Positions 36,679-45,992 of a DNA stretch of 64,000 nt are shown piece by piece (positions within the stretch are counted from its first letter, which is position 1; every line of letters begins with the position of its first letter). The DNA is from Solirubrobacterales bacterium (GTDB taxonomy: Bacteria; Pseudomonadota; Alphaproteobacteria; Rhodospirillales; Magnetospirillaceae). Made by a program: the position numbers and the translations under genes. The stretch lies in contig JBLNCP010000041.1 of NCBI GenBank assembly GCA_050260775.1, positions 18,198-82,197 on the forward strand, read 5' to 3'. The notes beneath the pieces are model-generated. The model saw only the letters and a list, made by a program, of their open reading frames with translations, was not told the origin of the DNA and ran no database searches.

Positions 36679-37014
36679 CGCATATTGCCGAGGATGCCGA
36701 GCCGATCATTCCCGGTCGGTTCGGCTCCGTCCGGCCTGACGGCCGTAAGCGCCCCCTTCGGCGCCTGACTCCCCCCTTCGAAGAAGCATTCCCGACCGAT
36801 CGCGGCATCGGTGGGGATTTTGCGCGTCCGCCCTCCGGCTTCTTCGCCATCCATTTGGAGAACCCATAAGAGCCATGCGGGCACCCCTCCCGAGACGGCG
36901 CAATTTCGGGCTGGGGCTGGCAACTATTGGGGCAAGGGCGGAGCGATCGGGGACGGTCGCCATCCACCCGGTGAGGACCCGATTTTCCCGAACCAGTCAC
37001 GAGGAAGTCCCGTC

Positions 37015-37194
37015 ATGAAGACCATTACCTCCTTCGTTGCCCGCCTGGCCAAGGACGAGAACGGCGCCACCGCCATCGAGTATGGCCTGATCGCCGCTTT
37101 GATCAGCGTCGCTGCCATCGTCGGCATGAAGGCCATCGGCACCGCGCTCAACACCCAGTTCGGCAAGATCGCCACCACGGTCACCAGTCCGTGA
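37015..37194 (+). CDS. Flp family type IVb/IVc pilin (second copy)
   Basis: Identical to the first copy over the first 47 aa. It differs only in the C-terminal tail (FGKIATTVTSP versus FTSIGNTVTNP). Confidence 0.85.
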   Translation: MKTITSFVARLAKDENGATAIEYGLIAALISVAAIVGMKAIGTALNTQFGKIATTVTSP

Positions 37195-37300
37195 TGCGGC
37201 AGGCCCGGGGGACGACCTCCCCCGGGCCTCTACCCCGTTGGGCACGACCGGAACTTCCCCGGCGCGATCTGCGAGAAATTCCCGATTTCAGGAGGTAGCG

Positions 37301-38143
37301 ATGCGTTACCGTGCGTTCGTCATGCTCGGCATCGCGCTGACCCTTGGCCTGGTGTCCGCCTACATGGCCAAGGGGTGGTTGGAAACCCAGCTGTCGACCA
37401 AGGCGACACCGGCGATGGCCGTGACCCGCATCGTGGTCGCGCGCACGCCCTTGGTGTTCGGCAGCCGGATCGGCACCGAGAACCTGACGATGACCGACTG
37501 GCCCGCCAACGCGGTGCCGCAAGGCTCCTTCACCAACATCCAGGAGGTGGTGGGGCCCAACAATGACCGTGTCGCCCTGCGCTCCATCGAGCCCAACGAG
37601 CCGATCCTGGTCGGCAAGGTCTCCGGACTCGGCGGCCGCGCCACCCTGTCGACCATCATTGGCGAAGGCATGCGGGCCCTGACCATTCGCGTCAACGACG
37701 TGAACGGCGTCGCCGGCTTCGTCCTGCCGGGCGACAAGGTCGACATCCTGCTCACCCGTCAGATCGAACGCAACAAGGAGGCCACCACCGACGTCCTGCT
37801 GCAGAACGTCAAGGTGCTGGGCGTCGACCAGGAGGCGAGCGACCGCAAGGAGAAGCCGCTGGTCGCCCGCGCCGTCACCCTGGAGGTGTCGCCCGACCAG
37901 GCCCAGAAGCTCACCCTGGGGGCAGAGGTCGGCACGCTCAGCCTTGCGCTCAGGAACGTCGCCAACGCCGACGAGGCGACCACGCGCACCATCACCCTCG
38001 ACGACCTCAAGGGCATCAAGCCCAAGGCCGAGGTCAAGGAGGACGCCAAGCCGGTCGTCACCCGTGTCCGCGCCTCCGGCGGTCCCGCCATCAACATCCT
38101 GCGCGGCACCGAATTCTCCACCGTTCGCCTCAACCGCGATTGA
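37301..38143 (+). CDS. cpaB: Flp pilus assembly protein CpaB
   Basis: An N-terminal TM helix is followed by a SAF-like region and an RcpC/CpaB region (PGDKVDILLT...VLLQNVKVLGVDQ). CAGGAGG RBS upstream. Confidence 0.85.
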   Translation: MRYRAFVMLGIALTLGLVSAYMAKGWLETQLSTKATPAMAVTRIVVARTPLVFGSRIGTENLTMTDWPANAVPQGSFTNIQEVVGPNNDRVALRSIEPNEPILVGKVSGLGGRATLSTIIGEGMRALTIRVNDVNGVAGFVLPGDKVDILLTRQIERNKEATTDVLLQNVKVLGVDQEASDRKEKPLVARAVTLEVSPDQAQKLTLGAEVGTLSLALRNVANADEATTRTITLDDLKGIKPKAEVKEDAKPVVTRVRASGGPAINILRGTEFSTVRLNRD

Positions 38144-38163
38144 ACTCCCAAGAGGGGTGTCCC

Positions 38164-39603
38164 ATGCCCATCACCGCTTCCCTCAGAAGCGCCTGCCGGC
38201 GTCTGCTGCTGGCCACCGCCACCGTCGCCGCGGTCTCGCTGCCGGCCTGGCCGGTCCTGGCAGCCCAGCCCGCCGCGCAGCGCCCGCAGCAGCCGGCGAC
38301 CGCCAGCTTCCACGCCGGCGACATGTCCGTCCCGGTCAACAAGTCGCAGGTGCTGAACGTCGACCGGCCGTTCTCGGGCCTGTCGGTCGGCAACCCCGAC
38401 ATCGCCGACGTCGTCGCCCTCAGCAATCGCTCGATCTACGTGCTCGGCAAGAAGATGGGCACCACCAACCTGGCCGTCTATGGCGCAGCCAAGGAGCTCA
38501 TCGCGGTCGTGGACATCAACGTCACCCACGACGTCGAGGGGCTGAAGAGCCGTCTGCACGACCTGATGCCGGGCCAGCCCATCGAGGTCCGGGCCGTCAA
38601 CGACGCGGTCGTGCTGTCGGGCGCGGTGTCGAGCCCCGAGATGGCCAACCGGGCGCTGTCGGTGGCGTCGCGCTTCGCTCCCGACAAGGTGACCAACATG
38701 CTGCGGGTGCGGGGCAGCCAGCAGGTCATGCTGTCGGTCCGCGTCGCCGAGGTCACCCGCACCGTGGCCCGCGAACTGGGGCTCAAGCCCAGCTTCTCCA
38801 CCAACGGTGGCGAATTCAGCTACGCCACCATCGACCCCCTCGACCTGTCGCGCTACGCGGCGGCGCTGGTGCGCGCCACCACCGACTGGATGACGCTCGA
38901 TTTCCTGATCGATGCGCTCGAGGAAAAGGGCCTGGTCAAGGTCCTGGCCGAGCCCAACCTTGTCGCCATGTCGGGTGACACCGCCAACTTCCTGGCCGGC
39001 GGCGAATTCCCGATCCCGGTGGCGCAGAACACCACCGGCAACAACAACTTGGCCATCACCGTGGAGTTCAAGCAGTTCGGCGTCAGCCTGGCCTTCACCC
39101 CCACCGTGGTCGACGGCGACGTCATCAACCTGGTGGTCAATCCCGAGGTCAGCCAGATCGACGAGCTGCACTCGGTGGTGCTGTCGGGCTTCCGCATCCC
39201 CGGCCTGTCGACCCGGCGCGCCACCACGACGGTGCAGCTGCGCGACGGCCAAAGCTTCGCCATCGCCGGCCTGCTGCAGAGCGATTTCAACGACACCATC
39301 CGCCAGCTTCCCGGGATCGGCGACGTGCCGGTGGTCGGTGCGCTGTTCCGCTCGAGCGCCTTCCAGCGCCGCGAGACCGAGCTGGTCATCATCGTCACCC
39401 CCCACCTGGTGCAGCCGGTGTCGGCCTCCGCCCTGGTGGCGCCCACGGACGGCTTCATCCCGCCCTCGTCGGTCGACCTGTTCCTCATGGGCCGCGTCGA
39501 AGCGCCGGCGTCCGGCACCGTGGTCCCCACCCAGACGTCGGCGGTGCTCGGCGCCCAGGCCGGCGGCGGCCTCACCGGCCCCTACGGCCACATCATCAAG
39601 TAG
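38164..39603 (+). CDS. cpaC: type II/III secretion-family secretin CpaC/RcpA
   Basis: Signal peptide, BON-like N domain, and a secretin core (EPNLVAMSGDTANFLAGGEFPIP...LRDGQSFAIAGLL...IPGIGDVPVVGALFRS). Confidence 0.9.
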   Translation: MPITASLRSACRRLLLATATVAAVSLPAWPVLAAQPAAQRPQQPATASFHAGDMSVPVNKSQVLNVDRPFSGLSVGNPDIADVVALSNRSIYVLGKKMGTTNLAVYGAAKELIAVVDINVTHDVEGLKSRLHDLMPGQPIEVRAVNDAVVLSGAVSSPEMANRALSVASRFAPDKVTNMLRVRGSQQVMLSVRVAEVTRTVARELGLKPSFSTNGGEFSYATIDPLDLSRYAAALVRATTDWMTLDFLIDALEEKGLVKVLAEPNLVAMSGDTANFLAGGEFPIPVAQNTTGNNNLAITVEFKQFGVSLAFTPTVVDGDVINLVVNPEVSQIDELHSVVLSGFRIPGLSTRRATTTVQLRDGQSFAIAGLLQSDFNDTIRQLPGIGDVPVVGALFRSSAFQRRETELVIIVTPHLVQPVSASALVAPTDGFIPPSSVDLFLMGRVEAPASGTVVPTQTSAVLGAQAGGGLTGPYGHIIK

Positions 39604-39615
39604 CGGAGGCTTGCC

Positions 39616-39891
39616 ATGAAGATGCGTTTCCCGGTCCTGCTCGCCGCCGCCGCCACGCTCGCCCTGGCCGCCTGCGAGGATCCCTACCGGCTGTCGCCGA
39701 CCTTCGGCGACTCGGTGCGCCACAACATGCGGATCCAGATGGTCAACCCCGACCCCATCCCGTCCACGGCGTCCGCCGAGGACCAGACCGACGGCGACCT
39801 GGCGGCCTCGGCCTACGACCGCTACCGCACCGGCAAGGTCAAGGCCCTGAAGCCGACCACCTCGACCGACCTCAAGGGAGCCCGGCCATGA
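39616..39891 (+). CDS. small lipoprotein of the tad locus (family unassigned)
   Basis: 91 aa with lipobox LALAAC. It occupies the position between the secretin gene and the tadG-like gene, overlapping the latter by 4 nt. Confidence 0.5.
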   Translation: MKMRFPVLLAAAATLALAACEDPYRLSPTFGDSVRHNMRIQMVNPDPIPSTASAEDQTDGDLAASAYDRYRTGKVKALKPTTSTDLKGARP

Positions 39892-41297
39892 CCACCCCTC
39901 GGCGGGGCTTCCGCCGGGCCGACGACGGCGGCGTCGCCATTTATTCGGCGCTCGCCATCACCGTGGTCATCGGCGTCGGCGCGTTGTCCCTGGACCTCGG
40001 ACGCTACATGAACCTGCACACCGAGCTCCAGCACGCGGCCGACGCCGCGGCGTTGGCCGGTGCGGCGGAGCTCAACGGCAAGAAGGCCGCGGGCGGCACG
40101 CTGGGGGCCCGGGCCCGCGCCGAGGCGGCGGCCAAGAGCGCGCTGTTCGCCAACCGCCAGTCCTTCGCCACGGACGGCGGCGCGGCCACGGTGCAGGTGA
40201 AATCGGTGGAGTTCTTCTCCGAGCTCAAGGCGCCGTCGTCCGACACCGCCGCGACCAGCGATGCCGATGCCCACTACATCAAGGTCACCGTGGTCGACCG
40301 CTCGCTGGAATCCTCGCTGATCGCCCCGGTGCTGGGGGCAGGGCGGACCTTGTCGACGGCGGCCAGCGCGGTGGCCGGCATGACCGAGGCGGTGTGCAAC
40401 TTCCCGCCCTTCATGATCTGCAATCCCAACGAGGCCTATGGCGCCGGCGCCCCCTTCACCATCGTGCCCGGCCAGATGATCAAGCTCAACTCGCAGGGCG
40501 GCTCCGGCTCCACCTGGGGCCCGGGCATGTTCAGCCTGCTCGATCCCCCCGTCGGCGGCAGCACGCCCAAGGAGGTCACCCATAACCTGGCCACCAGTCA
40601 GCCCAACGGCTGCTACGGCCAGACGGTGTCGGTCCGGCCCGGCCAGGTCGCCTCGGTCCATGACGGCATCAACACCCGTTTCGACATCTACGACGGACCG
40701 TTCATGAAGAACCAGCAGGGCAAGTCCGAGTACCGGCCGGCCCGCAACGTGACCAAGGGGCGGGCCAACACCAGCAAGACCAAGTGCGACGGCGCCATCA
40801 CCATCGGCAAGGCCTTCCCGCTCGACAGCTGCTTCTATACGAGCAGCTGCGACCAGGGGAACCGGTTCGGCAACGCCAATTGGGACCGTGCCGGATACTG
40901 GGCCACCAATCATCCGTCGAGCTCCTGGCCGGCCGGCCTGGCGGCCAACGCCAGCCGCTACGACACCTATCGCTACGAGATCGACAACGGCCTGATCCCC
41001 AACACCTCGCCCAGCGGCGAGAACGGCAATCCGTCCTGCTACAGCGGCTCGACGCCGGTCAGCGACGATCCCGACCGCCGCGTGATGGACGTGGCCATCG
41101 TCAATTGCTCGGGCATCGGCGGCAACAGCTCGGATGTGGAGGTGGTGGCCTACGCCAAGATGTTCCTGGTGCGGCCCATGCTCGACTACGCCGACGACCC
41201 CGCCCACACCGACGGCAACCTCTACGTCGAGATGATCGGCAAGCTCGATTTCGGCGTCGACAAGCCGTTGCGCCAGCTCATCCAGCTCTACAGGTGA
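39888..41297 (+). CDS. TadG-like pilus-associated protein (Tad N-terminal domain)
   Basis: The N-terminus GGVAIYSALAITVVIGVGALSLDLGRYMNLHTELQHAADAAALAGA matches the TadE/G-like N-terminal motif. 469 aa. Confidence 0.7.
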   Translation: MTTPRRGFRRADDGGVAIYSALAITVVIGVGALSLDLGRYMNLHTELQHAADAAALAGAAELNGKKAAGGTLGARARAEAAAKSALFANRQSFATDGGAATVQVKSVEFFSELKAPSSDTAATSDADAHYIKVTVVDRSLESSLIAPVLGAGRTLSTAASAVAGMTEAVCNFPPFMICNPNEAYGAGAPFTIVPGQMIKLNSQGGSGSTWGPGMFSLLDPPVGGSTPKEVTHNLATSQPNGCYGQTVSVRPGQVASVHDGINTRFDIYDGPFMKNQQGKSEYRPARNVTKGRANTSKTKCDGAITIGKAFPLDSCFYTSSCDQGNRFGNANWDRAGYWATNHPSSSWPAGLAANASRYDTYRYEIDNGLIPNTSPSGENGNPSCYSGSTPVSDDPDRRVMDVAIVNCSGIGGNSSDVEVVAYAKMFLVRPMLDYADDPAHTDGNLYVEMIGKLDFGVDKPLRQLIQLYR

Positions 41298-41301
41298 CCT
41301 C

Positions 41302-41760
41302 ATGAAGCGCTTCGACGAAGGCTCCGCGATGGTGGAGACCGCGCTGGTGCTGCCGGTGATGGTCCTGCTGTTCGCCGGCGTCGCGGAACTCGGACTGGCC
41401 GTCTACGACCATCACCAGCTGTCCAAGGCCGTCCGCGATGCGGCGCGGTTCCTCGCCCGCGTGCCCGATCCCACGGCGGCCGAATACCAGGCCATGGCCA
41501 CCAACTACATGCGGACGGGCTCGTTCGCCGGCACCGGCTCGGCCCTGGTCGGCACCGACCCCAGCAAGATCAGCGTCTCGTACACGATCCAGGCCATCGA
41601 CAACACCGCCAAGACCTGGAACGGGCCGGACACGCTATGGAGCGTCCACATGGAGGCGACCTATCCGTTCCGCTCGTACCTGCTCAAGGCGGTCGGGCTG
41701 GCGGGGCCCGATGGACTGCCGCTAAAGGTCGGCCATACCGAACGCCACATCGGGGAATAG
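41302..41760 (+). CDS. TadE-like pseudopilin
   Basis: G/SAMVETALVLPVMVLLFAGVAELG is a TadE-type prepilin-like N-terminus. Confidence 0.75.
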   Translation: MKRFDEGSAMVETALVLPVMVLLFAGVAELGLAVYDHHQLSKAVRDAARFLARVPDPTAAEYQAMATNYMRTGSFAGTGSALVGTDPSKISVSYTIQAIDNTAKTWNGPDTLWSVHMEATYPFRSYLLKAVGLAGPDGLPLKVGHTERHIGE

Positions 41761-41769
41761 GGGGCAGCC

Positions 41770-42369
41770 ATGCCGCACTTCCGCATGCTTCGCGACCAGC
41801 GCGGATCGAACACGGTCGAGATGTCCATCGCCCTGATGGTCCTGATCGTCCTCACCCTCGGGGTCTGCGATCTCGGCGTCGCGCTGTGGCAATGGAACCT
41901 AGCCGAGAAGGCGACCCAGGCGGGGGCGCGGCTGGCCGCGGTCAGCGATCCGGTCGCCCCCTCGATCGTCACCTGGGAAGGTGATCTGACCAAGTACCAG
42001 GGCGGCACCCGCTGCTGGGACGCCGTCGGCCACACCGACATCTGCGCCCCCGCCACCAAGGTCATCACCTGCAACAGTTCGGGCTGCGGGGGGCAGACCG
42101 CCAACGCGGCGGCGTTCAAGGCCATCGTCACCCGCATGCAGACGCTGCTGCCCAAGATCCAGCCCGCCAACGTGGTGGTGGAATACACCTACAACGGCCT
42201 CGGCTTCATCGGCCGGCCGGGGGGGCAGCCGGTGGACGTCACCGTGCGGCTGACCGGCATGACCTTCGATTTCCTGGTGCTCGACCACCTGGTCGGCCTT
42301 CCCGACAAGATCACCATGCCGCCCGCGACCGCCACCCTGACGGGCGAGGACTACAACTCGGCGCTCTAA
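41770..42369 (+). CDS. TadE/TadF-like pseudopilin
   Basis: G/SNTVEMSIALMVLIVLTLGVCDLG is a second TadE-type N-terminus. Confidence 0.7.
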   Translation: MPHFRMLRDQRGSNTVEMSIALMVLIVLTLGVCDLGVALWQWNLAEKATQAGARLAAVSDPVAPSIVTWEGDLTKYQGGTRCWDAVGHTDICAPATKVITCNSSGCGGQTANAAAFKAIVTRMQTLLPKIQPANVVVEYTYNGLGFIGRPGGQPVDVTVRLTGMTFDFLVLDHLVGLPDKITMPPATATLTGEDYNSAL

Positions 42370-42383
42370 ACCGGAGAACCATC

Positions 42384-43580
42384 GTGCAGATCGACAAGCA
42401 AGGTTCCAAGGTCAGGCCGGCGGCCGGGACCTCCATCCTCATCCAGGCCCGGGTGCGCGGAAGCGAGGTCGCCGATGCCGTCACCGCCGCCCTGCGCGGC
42501 AGCGGCGTCGCCCTCGACGTGTCGGTGGGCGATTTGGCCGGCTACACGCCGGTCCAGGAGTGCGACGCGGTGCTCATCGACGTCGATTTCCGGTCGCCCA
42601 AGGAGTTGGCGGCGGCGGAGGCGCTCATCGGCACCCAGCCGCGCCTGTCCTTCGTGGTCACCACCGACCACGCCACCGTCGAAGGGATGCGGCGCCTGCT
42701 GCGCGTCGGCATCTCGGACCTGGTGGCGCAACCGATCCAGCGCCGCGAGTTGATGGACGCGCTTCAGCGTGCGGTGGGCGGGCGCGGCCAGGCCGAGCCG
42801 CCCTCGGACGGTGCCGTCGTCAGCTTCCTGAAGAGCGGCGGCGGCGCGGGGGCCACCGCGCTGGCGGTCCAGTCCGCCTGCGCCCTGCCGAAGGTGCGCA
42901 ATGCCAAGCCGTCGCCGCAGGCCGACATCGCCCTGCTCGATTTCGACATCCAGTTCGGGGCGGTCAACCTCCACCTCGACCTGCCGCAGCAGGCCAGCCT
43001 GATCGATCTCGTCGCCGCCGGCGATCGCCTCGATCCGACCATGCTGCGCGGACTGATGCACCACCATCGCTCCGGCATCGACGTGCTGCCGGCGCCGCGC
43101 ACCCTGCAGCCCTACGACTCGATCACGCCCGAGGACGTGGGACAGGTGGTGGCCATGGCGCGCCGGACCTATCGCTCGGTGCTGGTCGACCTGCCGCAGG
43201 CCTGGACCGGCTGGACCCGCGCGGCCCTGGCCGCCTCCGACCGCGCCGTGCTGGTCCTGCAGCTGACGGTGCCGTCGATCCGTCAGGCGCGGCGACAGAT
43301 CGACACCCTGGCCGAGGAAGGCCTGGGCAGCCTGCCGTTGACCCTGGTCGCCAACGCGGTGGCCAAGGGCTTCTTCGCCCCCGAGTCCGGCATCGGCACC
43401 AAGGAGGCCGAGCGCGCCCTGGGGCGCGCCATCGACCATGTGGTGCAGGCTGACGCCGCCATGCAGCAGGCGGTCAATCTGGGAGTGCCGCTGATGGAGG
43501 TGAAGGGGGGCGACAAGCTGGCCCGCCGTATGGCCGCCGTCGTCGACGCCGTCCTGGCCTCGTGTGTTTCCGTTCGCTGA
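42384..43580 (+). CDS. cpaE: CpaE/TadZ-like pilus assembly protein (receiver-like N domain plus ParA/MinD-type ATPase)
   Basis: GTG start. An N-terminal pseudo-receiver is followed by a deviant Walker A region (VVSFLKSGGGAGATALAVQSA). It sits upstream of cpaF. Confidence 0.8.
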   Translation: MQIDKQGSKVRPAAGTSILIQARVRGSEVADAVTAALRGSGVALDVSVGDLAGYTPVQECDAVLIDVDFRSPKELAAAEALIGTQPRLSFVVTTDHATVEGMRRLLRVGISDLVAQPIQRRELMDALQRAVGGRGQAEPPSDGAVVSFLKSGGGAGATALAVQSACALPKVRNAKPSPQADIALLDFDIQFGAVNLHLDLPQQASLIDLVAAGDRLDPTMLRGLMHHHRSGIDVLPAPRTLQPYDSITPEDVGQVVAMARRTYRSVLVDLPQAWTGWTRAALAASDRAVLVLQLTVPSIRQARRQIDTLAEEGLGSLPLTLVANAVAKGFFAPESGIGTKEAERALGRAIDHVVQADAAMQQAVNLGVPLMEVKGGDKLARRMAAVVDAVLASCVSVR

Positions 43581-43591
43581 AAGGTGTCCGC

Positions 43592-44989
43592 ATGTTCAGC
43601 CGTTTCCAAGCGCAGCCCAAGCAGACCCGGTTCCGGCAGGAGCCCCACATCGAGGCGCCCGCCGCCGCCACGCCGGCCCCCAAGCCGGCGGCGGCGCCCG
43701 CCGAACCGCCCCCGGTCGACCACCGGCTCGAGCTCAAGGTGCGCATTCACCAGCAATTGCTGGAGGTGATGAACCTCGGCGCCATCGAGAAGCTTGAGCC
43801 CGAGCAGTTCCGCAGCGAGGCCGGGCGCCTGGTGGAGGAATTGCTGGCCAGCGAACAGGCCAGCCTGAACGCCCGCGAGAAGCAGCAGTTCGTGTCGGAT
43901 GTGCTCGACGAATTGCTGGGCCTCGGGCCGCTTGAGCCCCTGCTCAAGGACGCGACGGTGAGCGACATCCTGGTCAACACCCACAAGCAGGTGGTCGTGG
44001 AGCGCCGCGGCCGCCTCGAGCTCACCCAGGTCCGCTTCAAGGACGAGCGCCACCTGCTGCGCATCATCAACAAGATCGTGGCGGCGGTCGGCCGTCGCGT
44101 TGACGAATCGCAGCCGCTGGTGGACGCCCGCCTGGCCGACGGCTCGCGCGTCAACGCCGTGGTGCCACCGATCGCGGTGGACGGGTCGCTGCTGTCGATC
44201 CGCAAGTTCTCGCGCACGCCCTACAGCCTGGATCGCCTGGTCGAGATCGGCTCCATGGCGCCGGCGGTGGCCGAGCTGCTGGCGGCGGTCGTGCGCGGCC
44301 GCCTCAACGTGTTGATCTCCGGCGGCACCGGCAGCGGCAAGACCACCATGCTGAATGCCATGTCGGCCGCCATCGACCACCGCGAGCGCATCGTCACCAT
44401 CGAGGACGCGGCGGAACTGCAGCTGCAGCAGCCGCAGGTGGCGCGCCTGGAGACCCGCCCGCCCAACATCGAGGGCCGCGGCGAGATCACCCAGCGCGAC
44501 CTCGTGCGCAACGCCCTGCGCATGCGCCCTGACCGCATCATCCTCGGCGAGTGCCGTTCCGGCGAAGCCTTCGACATGCTGCAGGCGATGAACACCGGCC
44601 ACGACGGCTCGATGTCGACCATCCATGCCAACACCTGCCGCGATGCGATCTCCCGCCTGGAACAGATGATCGGCATGGCCGGCATCGAGATGCCGATGCG
44701 GGCCATCCGGGCGCAGATCGCCTCGGCGCTCGACGTGGTCCTCCAGCTCGAGCGCATGGGCGACGGCCGCCGCCGCCTGGTCAGCGTCTACGAGGTCACC
44801 GGCATGGAGGGCGACGTGGTCACCATGAACGAGATCTTCGCCTTCCGCCGCGAGAACACCGACGCCGAGGGCAACATCCACGGCCATTTCTGGGCCACCG
44901 GCGTCCGCCCGCGCTTCCACGCCGAGCTGGCGGCGCGCGGCATCCACCTGCCCAGCAACCTGTTCTCGCCCGACCAACCGATCGGCTGA
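43592..44989 (+). CDS. cpaF: CpaF/TadA secretion ATPase
   Basis: Walker A GGTGSGKTT, Asp box, Walker B RIILGECR and His box TGHDGSMSTIHAN. Confidence 0.95.
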   Translation: MFSRFQAQPKQTRFRQEPHIEAPAAATPAPKPAAAPAEPPPVDHRLELKVRIHQQLLEVMNLGAIEKLEPEQFRSEAGRLVEELLASEQASLNAREKQQFVSDVLDELLGLGPLEPLLKDATVSDILVNTHKQVVVERRGRLELTQVRFKDERHLLRIINKIVAAVGRRVDESQPLVDARLADGSRVNAVVPPIAVDGSLLSIRKFSRTPYSLDRLVEIGSMAPAVAELLAAVVRGRLNVLISGGTGSGKTTMLNAMSAAIDHRERIVTIEDAAELQLQQPQVARLETRPPNIEGRGEITQRDLVRNALRMRPDRIILGECRSGEAFDMLQAMNTGHDGSMSTIHANTCRDAISRLEQMIGMAGIEMPMRAIRAQIASALDVVLQLERMGDGRRRLVSVYEVTGMEGDVVTMNEIFAFRRENTDAEGNIHGHFWATGVRPRFHAELAARGIHLPSNLFSPDQPIG

Positions 44990-44999
44990 GGAGGCCGCC

Positions 45000-45977
45000 A
45001 TGGATTCGCCCCTGCTCGTGACCGCTGTCATCTTCGTGGCGGTCCTGCTGCTGGTCGAAGGGACCTTCTACCTGGTGGACGACGCCAAGGCCGGACGGGC
45101 CAAGGACGCCATCAACCGCCGCCTGCGGCTGCTGGCGGCCGGCGGTACCGGCGAGGAGGTTCTCGCCAAGCTGCGCCGGCAGGAACTGCCGCAGGATGGC
45201 CTTCTCGCCGCCATCGCCTCGTTCTCGGTGGTTCGCTGGCTGGAGGGTCTGCTCACCCGCGCCGGCCTCACGCTTCCGCTGCAGCGGCTGCTGATGGGAT
45301 CGGCGGCCGGGTTCGTGTTCCTGTCCCTTGCCCTTTACCAGGTCGCCGCCCTGGCCCTCTACCAATCGGTGGTGTTGGCGCTGGTGCTGGCGGTCGGCGG
45401 GCCGATCCTGCTGATCGTCCGCATGGCCCGCAGCCGGCGCAACAAGTTCGCCGCGCAACTGGCCGATGCGGTCGAGATGATCGCCCGCTCGCTGCGCGCC
45501 GGCCATCCCATTCCCACCGCCATCAACCTGGTCTCGCGCGAGATGCCCGATCCCATCGGCACCGAGTTCGGGATCGTGTTCGACGAGATGACCTACGGCC
45601 TCGACCTGCGCGAGGCTCTCGACAACCTGTCGGCCCGCATCGACCTGCCCGACCTGCATTACATGGTCTTGGCGGTGCGCATCCAGTACGGCACCGGCGG
45701 CAATCTCGCCGACGTGCTGGGGGGCTTGGGCAAGCTCATCCGCGAGCGCTTCCGGCTGTTCGCCAAGATCAAGGCGCTCTCGGCCGAGGGGCGGGTGTCC
45801 GCCATCATCCTGTCGGCGCTGCCCTTCGTCGTGGTCGGCATGGTGATGCTGTTCTCGCCCGATTACTACCGGAGCGTCGCCAATCACCCGACCTTCCACA
45901 AGTACGTGGTCGTCGGCATGGGCCTGATCACCACCGGGCTCTTCATCATGCAGCGCCTCGTCAATTTCCGCGTCTGA
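45000..45977 (+). CDS. tadB: type II secretion system F family protein TadB
   Basis: 325-aa polytopic membrane protein with a T2SSF-like core, located directly after cpaF. Confidence 0.85.
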   Translation: MDSPLLVTAVIFVAVLLLVEGTFYLVDDAKAGRAKDAINRRLRLLAAGGTGEEVLAKLRRQELPQDGLLAAIASFSVVRWLEGLLTRAGLTLPLQRLLMGSAAGFVFLSLALYQVAALALYQSVVLALVLAVGGPILLIVRMARSRRNKFAAQLADAVEMIARSLRAGHPIPTAINLVSREMPDPIGTEFGIVFDEMTYGLDLREALDNLSARIDLPDLHYMVLAVRIQYGTGGNLADVLGGLGKLIRERFRLFAKIKALSAEGRVSAIILSALPFVVVGMVMLFSPDYYRSVANHPTFHKYVVVGMGLITTGLFIMQRLVNFRV

Positions 45978-45992
45978 CCGGAGACCGTCACC

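Larger units (their letters stand above)
36343..37194 (+). repeat. tandem duplication (514-bp period) of an flp gene together with about 155 nt of upstream leader
   Basis: Copy A 36343-36678 and copy B 36857-37194 align by eye from GGAGAACC through the flp stop. The block GAGCGATCGGGGACGGTCGCCATCCACCCGGTGAGGAC is identical in both. Confidence 0.85.

Noticed and set aside
36411-37000. Minus-strand ORFs (170, 111 and 85 aa) across the flp leaders and flp genes
   Set aside because: They are antisense to the duplicated flp units and duplicated only because the DNA is duplicated. They show no signal or motif.
37759-39723. 654-aa ORF antisense to cpaB and cpaC
   Set aside because: Shadow ORF opposite clear CpaB and secretin genes.
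43283-45031. 582-aa ORF antisense to cpaF
   Set aside because: Shadow ORF; cpaF has complete Walker and His box motifs.
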